From Candidatus Aminicenantes bacterium (GTDB lineage: Bacteria; Acidobacteriota; Aminicenantia; Aminicenantales; JAFGBC01), in contig OY969696.1 of NCBI GenBank assembly GCA_963702005.1, forward strand, positions 2,784,001 through 2,848,000: DNA of 64,000 nt. Direction: 5' to 3'. The notes beneath the pieces were generated by a model. That model was not told the origin of the DNA. It saw only the letters and a list, made by a program, of their open reading frames with translations, and did no database searches. The first letter of the stretch is position 1; each line of letters begins with the position of its first letter. The position numbers and the translations under genes are program-made. This document shows positions 32,745-44,765 of this stretch, piece by piece.

Positions 32745-34586
32745 ATGAGAAGGAAGGTCCTGATTGTCGTCGCTGTCGGACTGTGTCTGGCGATCTCCTA
32801 TCCGTGTCTGGCCCAGATGTCGGCTCAAACGGTCGAATCCAACCGCATCCTGAACCAGAACCAGAACGGCGTCGTCACACTCATCGCCTACTCCTCCGCC
32901 AAATCGGAGATCGCGCGCGGTACGGGCTACGCCGTCAACGAGCGGTACATCGCCACGAATTACCACCTCGTCAGTCTCGCCGCCAGTATGGACGCCGTCA
33001 ATATCAAGGGCAAAAAATTCAAGGTCGATGGGGTGATCGCCCTCAACCGGGAATTCGACATCGTCCTGATTCGGATCAAGGGGACGATTCCCGTCCTGAC
33101 TCTGGGGAGCTCCGACGCATTGGCATCGGGCAACAGGATCTTCGCCATCGGATCGGATGCGAACTCAACCCTGGTCATCCAGGAAGGAACCATCCGGGAT
33201 AACCTGGCCATGGGCGCGGGGAAGAACGTCTTCACCGTGAACTTGGACATGCCTGAAACCTTCTCGGGGGGACCCGTCTTCGGCATCAACGAACAAATCA
33301 TCGGGATGATGTGCGTCCTGGACCGGGGATTGAAGTTCATGATCCCGATCAATGCGGTCCGGACCATGAGCCTTCAGGGACGGGTCGTTCCTCTCGAAGA
33401 ATGGACGCCCGAAGACTACCTCATGAACCTGGACGGCGCGTACCTGGCGGGCCGGATCGCCTATTTCACGGACGATTCGGCGCGCGCCCTGCGGCATCTT
33501 GAGAAAGCGGCCAGCCTTAATCCCCAGCTGATCGACGCCCAGGCCTACCTGGCATCCGTCCTGGCCAAGAACAGGGACTTTCAGGGGGCGATCCTTGCCT
33601 ACAACAAGGTCATCGAGCAGTCTCCGAACAACGTCCAGGCCCTTACCGGATTGGGCCAAGTCTACATCCGGCTCCAGCAGTTCAGCGAGGCGGTGGGCGT
33701 CCTGGAGAGGGCCGCCCGGCTCAACCCCAACGACAAGGAGCTCTACTACAGCCTCGGACAGGCTTACGAGCAGACCAAGGACTTCGTCAAGGCCGCAGAC
33801 GCCTACGGAAAATACATCCAATCCCAACCCCCGGACGCCTGGACGGGATACCTGCAGCTGGGCCTTTGCTACATCGAGCTCAACCAGTACGACATGGCCA
33901 TTCAAGCCCTGCTCGAGGCCGCCAAAACCCAGCCCCAGGACATCAAGACCAACTACACATTGGCCATGGCCTACCAGAAATCGGGTCAGCAGGCCAAGGC
34001 CGAGGAGATCTACAAGAACCTGGCCCTCCTCAACCCCCAGGAAGCCACCACCTACTACAGCATGATCGTCAAGATGTACGACGACGCCGGCAGCTACGCC
34101 AAGGCCGTCGAAGCGGCCCAGAAGGTCGTCGAGCTCACACCCAAAAACGAGCTGGCCGTCTACAACCTCGGCATCATGTATTTTAAGATGAACCGCTTCG
34201 ACGAGGCCATCCAGTCCTTCCGTGACGTCCTGGCCATCAGGCCCAATGCCGCCGAGGCTTGGTACCAGATCGGCTTCAGCTTCTCCAAGCAGAATAAGGT
34301 CAAGGAATCCATCGACGCCTTCAAGCAGTACGCGACGATGCGCCCCGACGACATCTACGGCTGGCTCAATATCGGAGTCGGCTATATGCTGCTCAAGGAC
34401 TTCGAATCAGCCCTCGAGCCTCTCCGTAAATGCGTGGAAATCAAGCCCGACTACGGAGTCGCCCTCTACAACCTAGCCATCGTCTACCTCAACCTCAACG
34501 ATAGTTTCAGCGCTCGGGACGTCTACAACAATCTGGTTCGCGTCGACCCAGACTTGGCCGCTAAGCTCAAGAAACTGCTGAAATAA
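32745..34586 (+). CDS. Exported trypsin-like serine protease domain + TPR-repeat protein
   Basis: Signal peptide; TNYH, FDIVL and FSGGP (His/Asp/Ser triad), followed by many TPR repeats. Confidence 0.85.
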   Translation: MRRKVLIVVAVGLCLAISYPCLAQMSAQTVESNRILNQNQNGVVTLIAYSSAKSEIARGTGYAVNERYIATNYHLVSLAASMDAVNIKGKKFKVDGVIALNREFDIVLIRIKGTIPVLTLGSSDALASGNRIFAIGSDANSTLVIQEGTIRDNLAMGAGKNVFTVNLDMPETFSGGPVFGINEQIIGMMCVLDRGLKFMIPINAVRTMSLQGRVVPLEEWTPEDYLMNLDGAYLAGRIAYFTDDSARALRHLEKAASLNPQLIDAQAYLASVLAKNRDFQGAILAYNKVIEQSPNNVQALTGLGQVYIRLQQFSEAVGVLERAARLNPNDKELYYSLGQAYEQTKDFVKAADAYGKYIQSQPPDAWTGYLQLGLCYIELNQYDMAIQALLEAAKTQPQDIKTNYTLAMAYQKSGQQAKAEEIYKNLALLNPQEATTYYSMIVKMYDDAGSYAKAVEAAQKVVELTPKNELAVYNLGIMYFKMNRFDEAIQSFRDVLAIRPNAAEAWYQIGFSFSKQNKVKESIDAFKQYATMRPDDIYGWLNIGVGYMLLKDFESALEPLRKCVEIKPDYGVALYNLAIVYLNLNDSFSARDVYNNLVRVDPDLAAKLKKLLK

Positions 34587-34638
34587 CGAGGACACCGCCG
34601 GCGGAGAAGGGGAGGCGCTTGCGACGCTCCCGGCCTCG

Positions 34639-34667
34639 TTGACAAGGCCGCGGCCCTGTGCTATGGT
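34639..34667 (+). promoter_or_regulatory. Sigma70 promoter for tRNA-Leu/tig
   Basis: TTGACA-N17-TATGGT with extended TGn. Confidence 0.6.
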
Positions 34668-34740
34668 AAGACTTCAGCTCCGATCCGCGCGAGTGCGTCC
34701 CCGTTTGATATGCTCAGGGTCCTCTCCCGCAGCCAAGAAC

Positions 34741-34825
34741 GGGCAGGTGGCGGAATTGGCAGACGCGCTAGGCTTAGGACCTAGTTCCTGATGAAGGAGT
34801 GCGGGTTCGAGTCCCGCTCTGCCCA
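34741..34825 (+). tRNA. tRNA-Leu (anticodon TAG)
   Basis: Acceptor GGGCAGG/TCTGCCC, D-loop GGAATTGGCAGAC, anticodon arm CTAGG-CTTAGGA-CCTAG, long variable arm, GGTTCGAGTCC; CCA not encoded. Classic position before tig. Confidence 0.96.
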
Positions 34826-34874
34826 CTCCAGACCCCCGAGAGCTGATGAATGCGCGCCAGAGGAATAAAGCTCC

Positions 34875-36167
34875 ATGACGACCCCTAACGAACCTCAAAG
34901 CCGGAGTCAGGCCTTCCGGATGGTCGGCGATACGGGCCGGGAGCTGGACATCGAAATTCCGGCCGTGGAAGCCGGCCGGGAGTTTGAAGCGACCCTGGAC
35001 CGGACCGCCGCCAGAGCCAAGCTCGACGGGTTCCGAGCCGGCCGGGCGCCCCGGGACATGGTTAAACGCATGCTCTACGACGACATCCGCCACTCCGTCA
35101 TCGACGCCCTGGCTCCCCGGGCCGTCCATGAGGAACTGCGCGCCCGAAGCCTTTCTCCGCTTCAGCCTCCCGTCATCCACGACATCCATTACCAAGAAGG
35201 AGAGACCCTCCGCTTCACGGCCTCTTTCGAAGTCTGGCCCGATTTCGATCTGCCGGACTACCGGACGACCAAGGTCCGGAAAAAAGCCCTGCCCGTCGAA
35301 GACAAGGACGTCGAAGAAACCCTCGCCTCCCTCCGTCAAAGGGCGGCCGCGTATGTCCCCGTCGAGGACAGGGGCGCCGCCGAAGGCGACTACGTCGCGG
35401 CCGAGATCAAGGGCCGGGACTTGGCAACCAAGAGGTTCTTTCCGACCGAAAAGGCCGTTGTCATGGCCGGGCACCCCGACAATGAACCCTGGCTGAACGA
35501 GCATCTGACGGGACTGGGGATCGGGGAAGAGAGGACCTTCCAGGTCCGCTATCCCTCCGACCACCCCAACCGGAAGCTGGCCGGCAAAGAAGTCGAATAC
35601 AGCCTCAAGGCGATATCCATCAAGGCCCAAAAGCTCCCCGAGCTCGACGACGATTTTGCCCGGAGCCTGGGGGACTACGCCGGCCTTGAGGACCTGAAAA
35701 CACGGATCCGGAACGAGATCCAGTCCAGTCGGGACGTTCAAACCCGGCGCGAGGCGGCCGATGAGATTCTCCAGGCCATCGCGGACAAGGCGACCCTCCC
35801 GCTTCCCGAGAACCTGGTCCGCCATGAAGCGGAAAACGTCCTCAGAGAATTCGTCTCGACGCCGTCCGGCGAGCCGGCCAAGATTCGGCCGGCCGACATT
35901 GAGGCGCTCCGCGCCGAGGCCCTTAAGCGCGCCGAGCGTAAAGTCCGGAACCATATGATTCTCATGAAAATCGCCCAGACCGAGAAGCTGGCCGTGAGCG
36001 AGGAAGAAACGGACGACGAAATACGCCGCCTGGCCCAGTCTAATAATGTCCCTTTCCTGAGGCTCAGGGAGACGTTCGACCAGGAGGGACGGCGCGAGGA
36101 GCTTCAGACCAGCCTCCTCCTGAAGAAGTCCATTGACTTTTTAGCCCGGTCGGCTATAATGGAGTAA
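34875..36167 (+). CDS. tig: Trigger factor
   Basis: GFRAGRAP ribosome-binding motif, LPELDDDFA; precedes clpPX. Confidence 0.92.
   Translation: MTTPNEPQSRSQAFRMVGDTGRELDIEIPAVEAGREFEATLDRTAARAKLDGFRAGRAPRDMVKRMLYDDIRHSVIDALAPRAVHEELRARSLSPLQPPVIHDIHYQEGETLRFTASFEVWPDFDLPDYRTTKVRKKALPVEDKDVEETLASLRQRAAAYVPVEDRGAAEGDYVAAEIKGRDLATKRFFPTEKAVVMAGHPDNEPWLNEHLTGLGIGEERTFQVRYPSDHPNRKLAGKEVEYSLKAISIKAQKLPELDDDFARSLGDYAGLEDLKTRIRNEIQSSRDVQTRREAADEILQAIADKATLPLPENLVRHEAENVLREFVSTPSGEPAKIRPADIEALRAEALKRAERKVRNHMILMKIAQTEKLAVSEEETDDEIRRLAQSNNVPFLRLRETFDQEGRREELQTSLLLKKSIDFLARSAIME
36133..36160 (+). promoter_or_regulatory. Internal promoter for clpP within the tig 3' end
   Basis: TTGACT-N16-TATAAT ending 20 bp before the clpP ATG. 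Confidence 0.55.
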
Positions 36168-36180
36168 CCAAGCCTTTGCC

Positions 36181-36780
36181 ATGACTTTCATCCCCTTTGT
36201 CGTCGAGCAGGACGGGAGAAGTGAACGCGCCTACGATATTTACTCACGGCTCCTCAAGGATCACATCGTTTTTCTGGGGACCGAGATCAACGATGAGATG
36301 GCCAATTCCGTCATCGCCCAACTCCTCTACTTGGAGGCCGAAAAACCCGAGAAGGAAATCTCGCTTTACATCAATTCGCCCGGCGGAAGCGTCACGGCCG
36401 GGCTGGCCATTTATGACACCATGCAATTTATAAATTCTTCAATATCAACTATATGCGTAGGTCAAGCGGCCAGCATGGCCGCCGTCCTCCTCGCGGCCGG
36501 GACTCCCGGGAAGCGCTATTCCCTGCCCAACTCCCGCGTCATCCTTCACCAGCCGATCGGCGGATTTCACGGGCAGGCCTCCGACGTGGCCATCCACGCC
36601 AAGGAAATGCTCAGAGTCCGGGAGCATATCAACGCGATTCTCAACCGGCACACACGGCAGCCCCTGGACAGGATCCAGGCGGACATCGAACGGGACTTCA
36701 TCATGACGGCCGCCCAGGCACTGGACTATGGTCTGATCGATCATATCATCGTCCGCCGGGCAGCCGGGGTGAATCCTTAG
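36181..36780 (+). CDS. clpP: ATP-dependent Clp protease proteolytic subunit
   Basis: [24 protein letters not shown]. Confidence 0.97.
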   Translation: MTFIPFVVEQDGRSERAYDIYSRLLKDHIVFLGTEINDEMANSVIAQLLYLEAEKPEKEISLYINSPGGSVTAGLAIYDTMQFINSSISTICVGQAASMAAVLLAAGTPGKRYSLPNSRVILHQPIGGFHGQASDVAIHAKEMLRVREHINAILNRHTRQPLDRIQADIERDFIMTAAQALDYGLIDHIIVRRAAGVNP

Positions 36781-36815
36781 GATCTTTCACAGGGTCCCGA
36801 CGGACTCAAACGAAC

Positions 36816-38069
<1,254 letters not shown>

Positions 38070-38071
38070 CC

Positions 38072-40516
38072 ATGCCGGACGCCAACGAACACGCCGAAGT
38101 CATCCGCAACATACCCTTGATTCCGCTCCGGGACCTCGTCGTCTTTCCCTCAACCCTGGTCCCGTTCATTATCGGCCGGCCTTCCTCGGTCCAGGCCCTG
38201 GAGAAAGCCATCGAGAAGGACGGGATGATCTTCCTCTCGGCCCAAATGGACCCCAACATCAACAACCCCTCGCCCAAGGATATTTATTCACTGGGGGTCA
38301 CCGCTAAAATCATCCGGACGGCCAAGTCCGACGACCAGAACATGAAGGTCATCGTCGAGGGAAAGCGGCGGGCCAGGGTCATCGAATACCTGGCGACCAT
38401 CCCCTTCTACCAGGTCCTGGCCAAGATCGTCAAGGACGTCGAGGACCACGGCCCCGAGTCCAAGGAGCTCCAGAAGCGCGTCCTGGCCCTGTTCGAGGAG
38501 TATCTCAAGGTCCACCAGAGCGCCAACGTGGACTCGATCGTGGCCGCCCTGAAGGACAACAGCCCGGAGAGGGTCTCCGACATCATCGCCTCCCATCTCT
38601 ATCTCTCCCTGGACGAGAAACAGAACATCCTGGAAACGGTCAACAGCCTGGAGCGTTTGCGTCGTCTCAACTTCGTCCTGGAGAATGAACTCCTCAAACT
38701 CCGCTCCCGCTTCAAGCCCGAGATGCCCAAGGGAGCCCGCCGCAAGACGGCCATCTACGGCGACCAGGGCCAAAAGGTCTATCCGGCCGGCCTCAATTAT
38801 CGGAAGGAAGACCAGCCCAACGAGGTTGAGGAGCTCAAGCAGAAAATCGCCAAGGCCGCCCTGCCGCCCGACGCCCAGGAGAAGGCCCATAAAGAGATCG
38901 AGCGGCTCGAAACGATGCCACCCATGTCGGCCGAGGCCACGGTCTGCCGCAACTATCTGGATTGGCTCATCTCCCTGCCCTGGAACAAGAAATCCAGGGA
39001 GAAACGGGATCTCAAGGAAGCCGAGCGAATCCTCAACGAGGATCATTTCGGACTGGAGAAGGTCAAGGAACGGATTCTCGAATACCTGGCCATCCGGCAG
39101 CTCGTCAAGCAGCCCAAGGGCGTCATCCTGGGGTTCCTGGGCGCGCCCGGAGTCGGTAAGAGCTCGTTGGGGAAATCGATCGCCCGGGCGACCGGCCGCC
39201 GCTTCGTCCGCCTCTCCCTGGGCGGCGTCCGGGACGAGGCCGAGATCCGGGGCCATCGCCGGACCTACATCGGCGCCTACCCGGGCCGGATCATCCAAAT
39301 GATCAAGCGGGCCGGGACGAAGAACCCCGTCTTTCTCCTGGACGAGGTCGATAAAATGAGCATGGACTTCCGGGGCGACCCGGCCTCGGCCCTGATGGAG
39401 GTTCTCGACCCCGAGCAGAACAACGCCTTTCTCGACCATTATATCGACACCGATTTCGACCTGTCCCAGATCATGTTCATCGTCACCGCCAACCAGCTCG
39501 AGCCCATCCCTAGGCCCCTGGTCGACCGGATGGAGATCATCCGCCTTCCCGGCTACACCGAGGACGAAAAACTTCAAATTGCCAAGCGCTTCCTGGTCCC
39601 CAAGCAGATGAAGTCCCATGGACTCGCCAAGACCGCCCTCCGGCTGACCGACCCGGCCCTCCACAAAATCATCCGGGATTACACCAAGGAAGCCGGCGTC
39701 CGGAACTTGGAACGGGAGATCACGTCGGTCTGCCGCAAGGTCGTGAAGCGCGTCGTCACCAAGGGCAAGGACCACAAGGAAAAAGTCACGCCGCGCAACC
39801 TCGAGGCCTACCTGGGCATTCCCAAGTTCCGCCGCTCCGAGATCGACAAGAAAGACGAGGTGGGGGTCGCGATCGGGATGGCCTGGACAGAAACGGGAGG
39901 CGAGCTCCTGACCTTCGAGGCCACCAAGATCTACGGCAAGGGGAATTTCACCTTGACCGGCCAGCTGGGCGAGATCATGCAGGAGTCGGCCCAGGCCGCC
40001 TTCAGCTTCGTCCGGGGCAAGATCTTCGAGCTCAACTTCGCCCGGGACCTCCACAAAAACTTCGACATCCATATCCACGTCCCCGAGGGCGCCACTCCCA
40101 AGGAAGGCCCCTCGGCCGGGATCACGATCGCCACCTCGATCATTTCTCTCCTGACCGAGATTCCGGTCATCAAGAAGATCGCCATGACCGGCGAAATAAC
40201 CCTGAAGGGCAAGGTCCTTCCCGTGGGCGGCATCAAGGAAAAGCTCCTGGCGGCCCATCGGGAGGGGTTCCGGGAGGCCATCATCCCCCTCGATAACCGG
40301 GCCGACCTCAAGGATATGCCCAAGGTCCTCAAGCAGGAGATGACCATCCACCTCGTCGAGAACATGGACGAGGTCCTCAAGCTGGCCCTGACTAAAGACC
40401 TGGCCTCGGCTCATCTGGCCAAGGGGCCCGGGCCGGAAGAGGCCGGCAAGGAGGCTTCCTCGAACGCCGGAGAAGGGGAGGGGGCGGATACGCCCGAACC
40501 TACTTTAACTCATTGA
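38072..40516 (+). CDS. lon: Lon protease
   Basis: LON N-domain, GAPGVGKSS, GHRRTYIGA, PKEGPSAG, GGIKEK. Confidence 0.97.
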   Translation: MPDANEHAEVIRNIPLIPLRDLVVFPSTLVPFIIGRPSSVQALEKAIEKDGMIFLSAQMDPNINNPSPKDIYSLGVTAKIIRTAKSDDQNMKVIVEGKRRARVIEYLATIPFYQVLAKIVKDVEDHGPESKELQKRVLALFEEYLKVHQSANVDSIVAALKDNSPERVSDIIASHLYLSLDEKQNILETVNSLERLRRLNFVLENELLKLRSRFKPEMPKGARRKTAIYGDQGQKVYPAGLNYRKEDQPNEVEELKQKIAKAALPPDAQEKAHKEIERLETMPPMSAEATVCRNYLDWLISLPWNKKSREKRDLKEAERILNEDHFGLEKVKERILEYLAIRQLVKQPKGVILGFLGAPGVGKSSLGKSIARATGRRFVRLSLGGVRDEAEIRGHRRTYIGAYPGRIIQMIKRAGTKNPVFLLDEVDKMSMDFRGDPASALMEVLDPEQNNAFLDHYIDTDFDLSQIMFIVTANQLEPIPRPLVDRMEIIRLPGYTEDEKLQIAKRFLVPKQMKSHGLAKTALRLTDPALHKIIRDYTKEAGVRNLEREITSVCRKVVKRVVTKGKDHKEKVTPRNLEAYLGIPKFRRSEIDKKDEVGVAIGMAWTETGGELLTFEATKIYGKGNFTLTGQLGEIMQESAQAAFSFVRGKIFELNFARDLHKNFDIHIHVPEGATPKEGPSAGITIATSIISLLTEIPVIKKIAMTGEITLKGKVLPVGGIKEKLLAAHREGFREAIIPLDNRADLKDMPKVLKQEMTIHLVENMDEVLKLALTKDLASAHLAKGPGPEEAGKEASSNAGEGEGADTPEPTLTH

Positions 40517-40517
40517 T

Positions 40518-40530
40518 TATCAATTGGTTG
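40518..40530 (+). promoter_or_regulatory. IHF-consensus-like site upstream of rho
   Basis: TATCAATTGGTTG matches WATCAA-N4-TTR in an AT-rich spacer. Confidence 0.3.
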
Positions 40531-40616
40531 TAAAGAATAGGCGAGCCGTCGGCTTCGTTTCCCGAACAAAGGACCGGCGTGTCTAAGCCGAATTCAGCGA
40601 CAAAGAGGTAAAAGAC

Positions 40617-41897
40617 ATGAAAGAGTACACACTCCTCGAGCTCGAAGAAAAAGAACTGACCCAGCTGACCAAGGTCGCCGCGGGGCTCGGCCTGAGCGAG
40701 GAAGATATCAAAGAGGCGTCCAAGCACAACCTTACTTTCAAAATTCTCGAGGCCCAAGCCAAAAAGCAGGGCTTGCTTTTTTCCGAAGGCGTCTTGGAAT
40801 GCCTCGAGGACGGGTTCGGTTTCCTGCGGGCGCCCGAGTTCAGCTATCTGCCCAGTCAGGATGACATCTATGTCTCGCCCTCCCAGATCCGCAAGTTCCA
40901 GCTGCGGACCGGCGACACGATCTCGGGCCACGTCCGGCCCCCCAAGAACGGCGAGAAGTACTTCGCCTTGATCAAGATCGAGGCCATCAATTTCCTCCAT
41001 CCCGACGCCGTCATCGAGCAGCGGCGCAACGTCCAGTTCGAGCAGCTGACGCCGCTTTACCCGCACGAAAAGATCAAGCTCCAGGACGGGAATCCCAAGA
41101 ACCTGAACGCCCGGATCATGGAGCTCCTGACGCCGATCGGCAAGGGGCAGCGCGGCCTGATCGTCTCGCCGCCCCGGGCCGGCAAGACGACCCTCCTCAA
41201 AACGATCGCCAAGTCGATCGAGAAAAACCACCCCGAAATCTACCTGATCGTGCTCCTGGTCGCCGAGCGGCCCGAGGAAGTCACGGACTTCAAGCGGAGC
41301 GTCAACGGGGAGGTCGTCGCCTCAACCTTCGACGAGCCCCCGGTCCGGAACGTCCAGGTCGCCAACATCGTCCTCGAAAAGGCCAAGAGGCTGGTCGAGC
41401 TTAAGCGCGACGTGACCATCCTCCTCGACAGCATCACCCGCCTGGCCCGCGCCCACAACTCGGTCATCCCGCCCTCGGGCAAGGTCCTGTCGGGCGGCAT
41501 CGACGCCAACGCCCTCAACAAGCCCAAGAAATTTTTCGGCTCGGCCCGCAAGGTCGAGGAGGGCGGCAGCCTGACCATCATGGCGACGGCCCTGGTCGAC
41601 ACCGGGAGCCGGATGGATGAGGTCATTTTTGAAGAGTTCAAGGGCACCGGCAATATGGAGATCAACCTCGACCGGCGCCTGGTCGACAAGCGACTCTTCC
41701 CGGCCATCGACATCACCCGGTCGGGAACCCGCAAGGAAGAGCTCCTGATCGAGGAGGTCGACCTGAACCGGATCTGGATCCTCCGCAAGGTTCTGGCTTC
41801 GCTCGGCGAGGTCGAGGCCATGGAGCTCCTTCAGGAGAAAATAGGCAAGACCAAGACCAACACCGATTTCCTTAACGCCATGAGCAAGGGGCTTTGA
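40617..41897 (+). CDS. rho: Transcription termination factor Rho
   Basis: [40 protein letters not shown]. Confidence 0.98.
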   Translation: MKEYTLLELEEKELTQLTKVAAGLGLSEEDIKEASKHNLTFKILEAQAKKQGLLFSEGVLECLEDGFGFLRAPEFSYLPSQDDIYVSPSQIRKFQLRTGDTISGHVRPPKNGEKYFALIKIEAINFLHPDAVIEQRRNVQFEQLTPLYPHEKIKLQDGNPKNLNARIMELLTPIGKGQRGLIVSPPRAGKTTLLKTIAKSIEKNHPEIYLIVLLVAERPEEVTDFKRSVNGEVVASTFDEPPVRNVQVANIVLEKAKRLVELKRDVTILLDSITRLARAHNSVIPPSGKVLSGGIDANALNKPKKFFGSARKVEEGGSLTIMATALVDTGSRMDEVIFEEFKGTGNMEINLDRRLVDKRLFPAIDITRSGTRKEELLIEEVDLNRIWILRKVLASLGEVEAMELLQEKIGKTKTNTDFLNAMSKGL

Positions 41898-41915
41898 GGA
41901 GGGGAGGGGCTCCGG

Positions 41916-42860
41916 TCAGGAAGAATCCCTCGGGCCCGCCCTCCGCACAAAAAGGGACAGTTTCGCGGAGAGCATCTCCAAACACTCGGAAAGGCCGAAA
42001 AACTGGATCAAGCCCAGGCGGGAAAGCTTCAAGCGGAGCGGCCGGGGAAGCGTCCGGGGCGTCAATCCTTTTCGGAGGGACTCGGTCTCCTCATCCTCAA
42101 AAAAGATTTTCTCCTCCACGGCCAATCCCCGGAATCCGGCGTTTTCCGGGCAGGCGTCCTGGCATCGCAGGCACCCGATCAGACAATCGATCCAATCGGA
42201 ATTTAGCCAGGCGGGGAATTCCTGGGGCCCGCTGTAGCCGCTGTAGAAGGTCAGGCAGCGATCCTGGCGGAGCGGGAAGCGGTCCTTGCTGATGGCGCCG
42301 CTGGGGCACGCTTTCAGACAAGCCGTACAGCGCCGACAGCGCTCCATGAGGACGGGATCCCGCCAGATTTCATCCTCAGCCAAAGGCCTGTCCGAATAAT
42401 AGCTGACAAGCATGTGATGGCTTCCCAGGTCCGGGAGGTAGCAGATGTTGTTGCGTCCGTAGAAGCCTAGGCCGCTGCGTACGGCCAGGAGCTTCTGCGG
42501 GACGCGGGCGAAGACGGCCCGCTGCCCGGACGCCTTAAGGATGGCGTTCAGTTCCGATTCGACCTTCTTGGTCGTTTCCCAGTATCGGATATAGGAAGGC
42601 GGCACCCTCAAACGAAGAACCCGGCCGTTCCAGCGAAAGACGATGACCGATGGAGAATGCGGAACGGCGGCGATCACGAGGGACCGAGGCTTGAGTTTTT
42701 TTGGAGGGCAAGGACATCCTAATATGCGGGCGTAAGAACGAAAAATGAGGTCGGAAAGCCCATCCTGGCTGTGGAGGGATGCGACCTCATCTTTCAAGTC
42801 TTTACGGCGATCGGCGCGAACCATTCGATGTCGATATCCGAAACCTTTGACCTGATCCAC
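41916..42860 (-). CDS. QueG/reductive-dehalogenase-like double 4Fe-4S cluster protein
   Basis: KLLAVRSGLGFYGRNN, CRRCTACLKACP, GCLRCQDACP. Confidence 0.75.
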   Translation of the reverse strand: MDQVKGFGYRHRMVRADRRKDLKDEVASLHSQDGLSDLIFRSYARILGCPCPPKKLKPRSLVIAAVPHSPSVIVFRWNGRVLRLRVPPSYIRYWETTKKVESELNAILKASGQRAVFARVPQKLLAVRSGLGFYGRNNICYLPDLGSHHMLVSYYSDRPLAEDEIWRDPVLMERCRRCTACLKACPSGAISKDRFPLRQDRCLTFYSGYSGPQEFPAWLNSDWIDCLIGCLRCQDACPENAGFRGLAVEEKIFFEDEETESLRKGLTPRTLPRPLRLKLSRLGLIQFFGLSECLEMLSAKLSLFVRRAGPRDSS

Positions 42861-43006
42861 GGCGCTGTACCCTTATTTTTTAATGGTTCCCGTAAATCAT
42901 AAGGGAATTTTCCACAGCTGACAAGATCTTAGGCATGGGTATATTCACAAGGAGTGAAAATCGCTATCTGATTTAGAAATAAGGCTTTGGCGAAAGCAGT
43001 AAAATA

Positions 43007-43034
43007 ACGTCGCATAAGGATTATTATGTAAACT
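43007..43034 (+). other. dif: dif-like XerC/XerD recombination site
   Basis: ACGTCGCATAA-GGATTA-TTATGTAAACT has the 11-6-11 layout and resembles E. coli GGTGCGCATAA-TGTATA-TTATGTTAAAT; it lies in an AT-rich intergenic region. Confidence 0.85.
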
Positions 43035-43102
43035 ATTCAATTTTTTACCAAGACACCTTAAATAATTAATTCAATTTGAATAAGTGCGTTAGAAAACCAG
43101 TG

Positions 43103-43939
43103 TCAGCTCTCCGCCTTGAGCTTATGAATGATCTCTTCCAGCACATTGATGATTTCCTGGACCGTCGCGTTCTGCTTCTTGAATTCCAGCCTCAACCTGA
43201 AATCATCAGAATCCCCTGGAATATAATTATAGACGAAATGCTTGACCCCCGGCGACTTCCCTTTGATCTTCTTGGACAGCTCTCTCGTATCTTCCCGGGT
43301 TAATCCTCGCCTTGATATCTCGTAAATGAGCCTCTCCATGTCCGCTTCGGTCTTCAGCTTGGCAATCTCTAATATCGTGCTTCGGCTCGTGATCTTGTGG
43401 CTCTTCAGCATTTCCCTGATCTTCGGCGGAATCCGGCTTATCGAGATGATCTCCGTTATCGTCGATCGGGCTTTGCCCAGTTTCTCCGAGATTTGATTGT
43501 GATTATAGCTGTAAAGCTCAATGAGCGCCTTGAGTCCATCGGCCTCCTCGAACACGTCCAGATCCTTTCTCTGAAGGTTTTCGATGAGGGAGATTTCCAT
43601 GGCCTCGTTGTCTTTTACGTCCATTTCGATACAGGGAATCTCTTTCAGCCCGACCCGCTTGGAGGCGATGAACCGCCTTTCCCCAGCGACGATCTGATAC
43701 CGCATCCCGACCGGCCTCACGATGATCGGCTCGAGGATCCCCTTGGACTGGATCGAATTCATAAGCTCCTGGATGTTTCCCAGCTCGCTCCTCGCTTGTT
43801 GGGGGTTGGGGTCGATCCTCTCGATGTCGATCATCCGGATTCTCGGCCCGGCGCCGCGGGCCGCGATTAAATCGACAAAATGGGGGTCATGTCTCATATC
43901 GAGAGTTTCCGGCAAACCAGATCTTTTAGTTTTTTGCAC
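43103..43939 (-). CDS. parB: ParB/Spo0J-family partition protein
   Basis: NPQQAR, GILEPIIVR, AGERR CTP-binding motif, ENLQRKDL, HTH. Confidence 0.92.
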   Translation of the reverse strand: MQKTKRSGLPETLDMRHDPHFVDLIAARGAGPRIRMIDIERIDPNPQQARSELGNIQELMNSIQSKGILEPIIVRPVGMRYQIVAGERRFIASKRVGLKEIPCIEMDVKDNEAMEISLIENLQRKDLDVFEEADGLKALIELYSYNHNQISEKLGKARSTITEIISISRIPPKIREMLKSHKITSRSTILEIAKLKTEADMERLIYEISRRGLTREDTRELSKKIKGKSPGVKHFVYNYIPGDSDDFRLRLEFKKQNATVQEIINVLEEIIHKLKAES

Positions 43940-44690
43940 GTTTGATCAACTCCTCGGCGATTTTCCGGTACTGCTGGGCCCCTATTGAATTCGGAGCATA
44001 TGTGAATATGGATTCTTTATAGGCGGGAGATTCTTCAAGCTTGACGCTTTTGGAAATGGCCACTTTAAAAACCTTGTCGCCAAAGACCTTCTTGATCCTC
44101 TCTACGACATCCTTGGAAATATTCGTCCTCTGGTCGTGAAGCGTGATGACGACTCCCAAGATTTGAAGGTTCGGGTTGGCCACCTTTTTGACTTTTTCGA
44201 TTGTCTCTAAAAGGTCGTCCGTCCCCTCCAAGCATAAATACGAGGATTGAATCGGGATCAATACATGAGAGGCCGCGACCAACGCGTTCAATGTGATGAG
44301 CCCCAACGTGGGCGGCGTGTCGATGAAGATGAAATCGTATTTATTCCTGATCGGCTGGACGGCTTCTTTCAGCCGAAAGTGTCCGTCGATTTCTCCGATC
44401 AAAGTCGGTTCGAGTTTCGCCATCGATATTTTGGAGTTGGCAATATTCAACCCCGGCACCGTGGACTGATGTATAACGCTCTCAATCCTGTCATTGCGAT
44501 CCATCAAAACATCGTAGAGAGATTTTTTCAAATCCTGAGTATCACGAAGCAACGAAATCGTGCTGTGAGCTTGCGGGTCGGTATCGATCAGCAGAACTCT
44601 CTTGCCCATGAACGCCATGGCCGCGGATATATTCAGCGCTGTGGTTGTCTTTCCGACTCCGCCCTTCTGATTCGTGATCGCGATAATCAA
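43926..44690 (-). CDS. parA: ParA/Soj-family ATPase
   Basis: NQKGGVGKTT deviant Walker A, DTDPQAH, DTPPTLG; TTG start after GGAGG. Confidence 0.93.
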   Translation of the reverse strand: MIIAITNQKGGVGKTTTALNISAAMAFMGKRVLLIDTDPQAHSTISLLRDTQDLKKSLYDVLMDRNDRIESVIHQSTVPGLNIANSKISMAKLEPTLIGEIDGHFRLKEAVQPIRNKYDFIFIDTPPTLGLITLNALVAASHVLIPIQSSYLCLEGTDDLLETIEKVKKVANPNLQILGVVITLHDQRTNISKDVVERIKKVFGDKVFKVAISKSVKLEESPAYKESIFTYAPNSIGAQQYRKIAEELIKRAKN

Positions 44691-44719
44691 TGATGCCTCC
44701 CAAGGTTCTAAACACAGCT

Positions 44720-44748
44720 AAGATATAAAAAAAGCGGCTTCTTTTCAA
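44720..44748 (-). promoter_or_regulatory. Promoter of parA-parB
   Basis: Minus strand TTGAAA-N17-TATCTT about 30 bp upstream of the parA start. Confidence 0.55.
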
Positions 44749-44765
44749 CCCCCTTCGCGAGATTC

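Noticed and set aside
42905-42950. DnaA-box-like 9-mers (TTTTCCACA, ATATTCACA) suggesting oriC next to parAB
   Set aside because: Only one good and one imperfect box, no dnaA/dnaN/gidA context, and a convincing dif site nearby.
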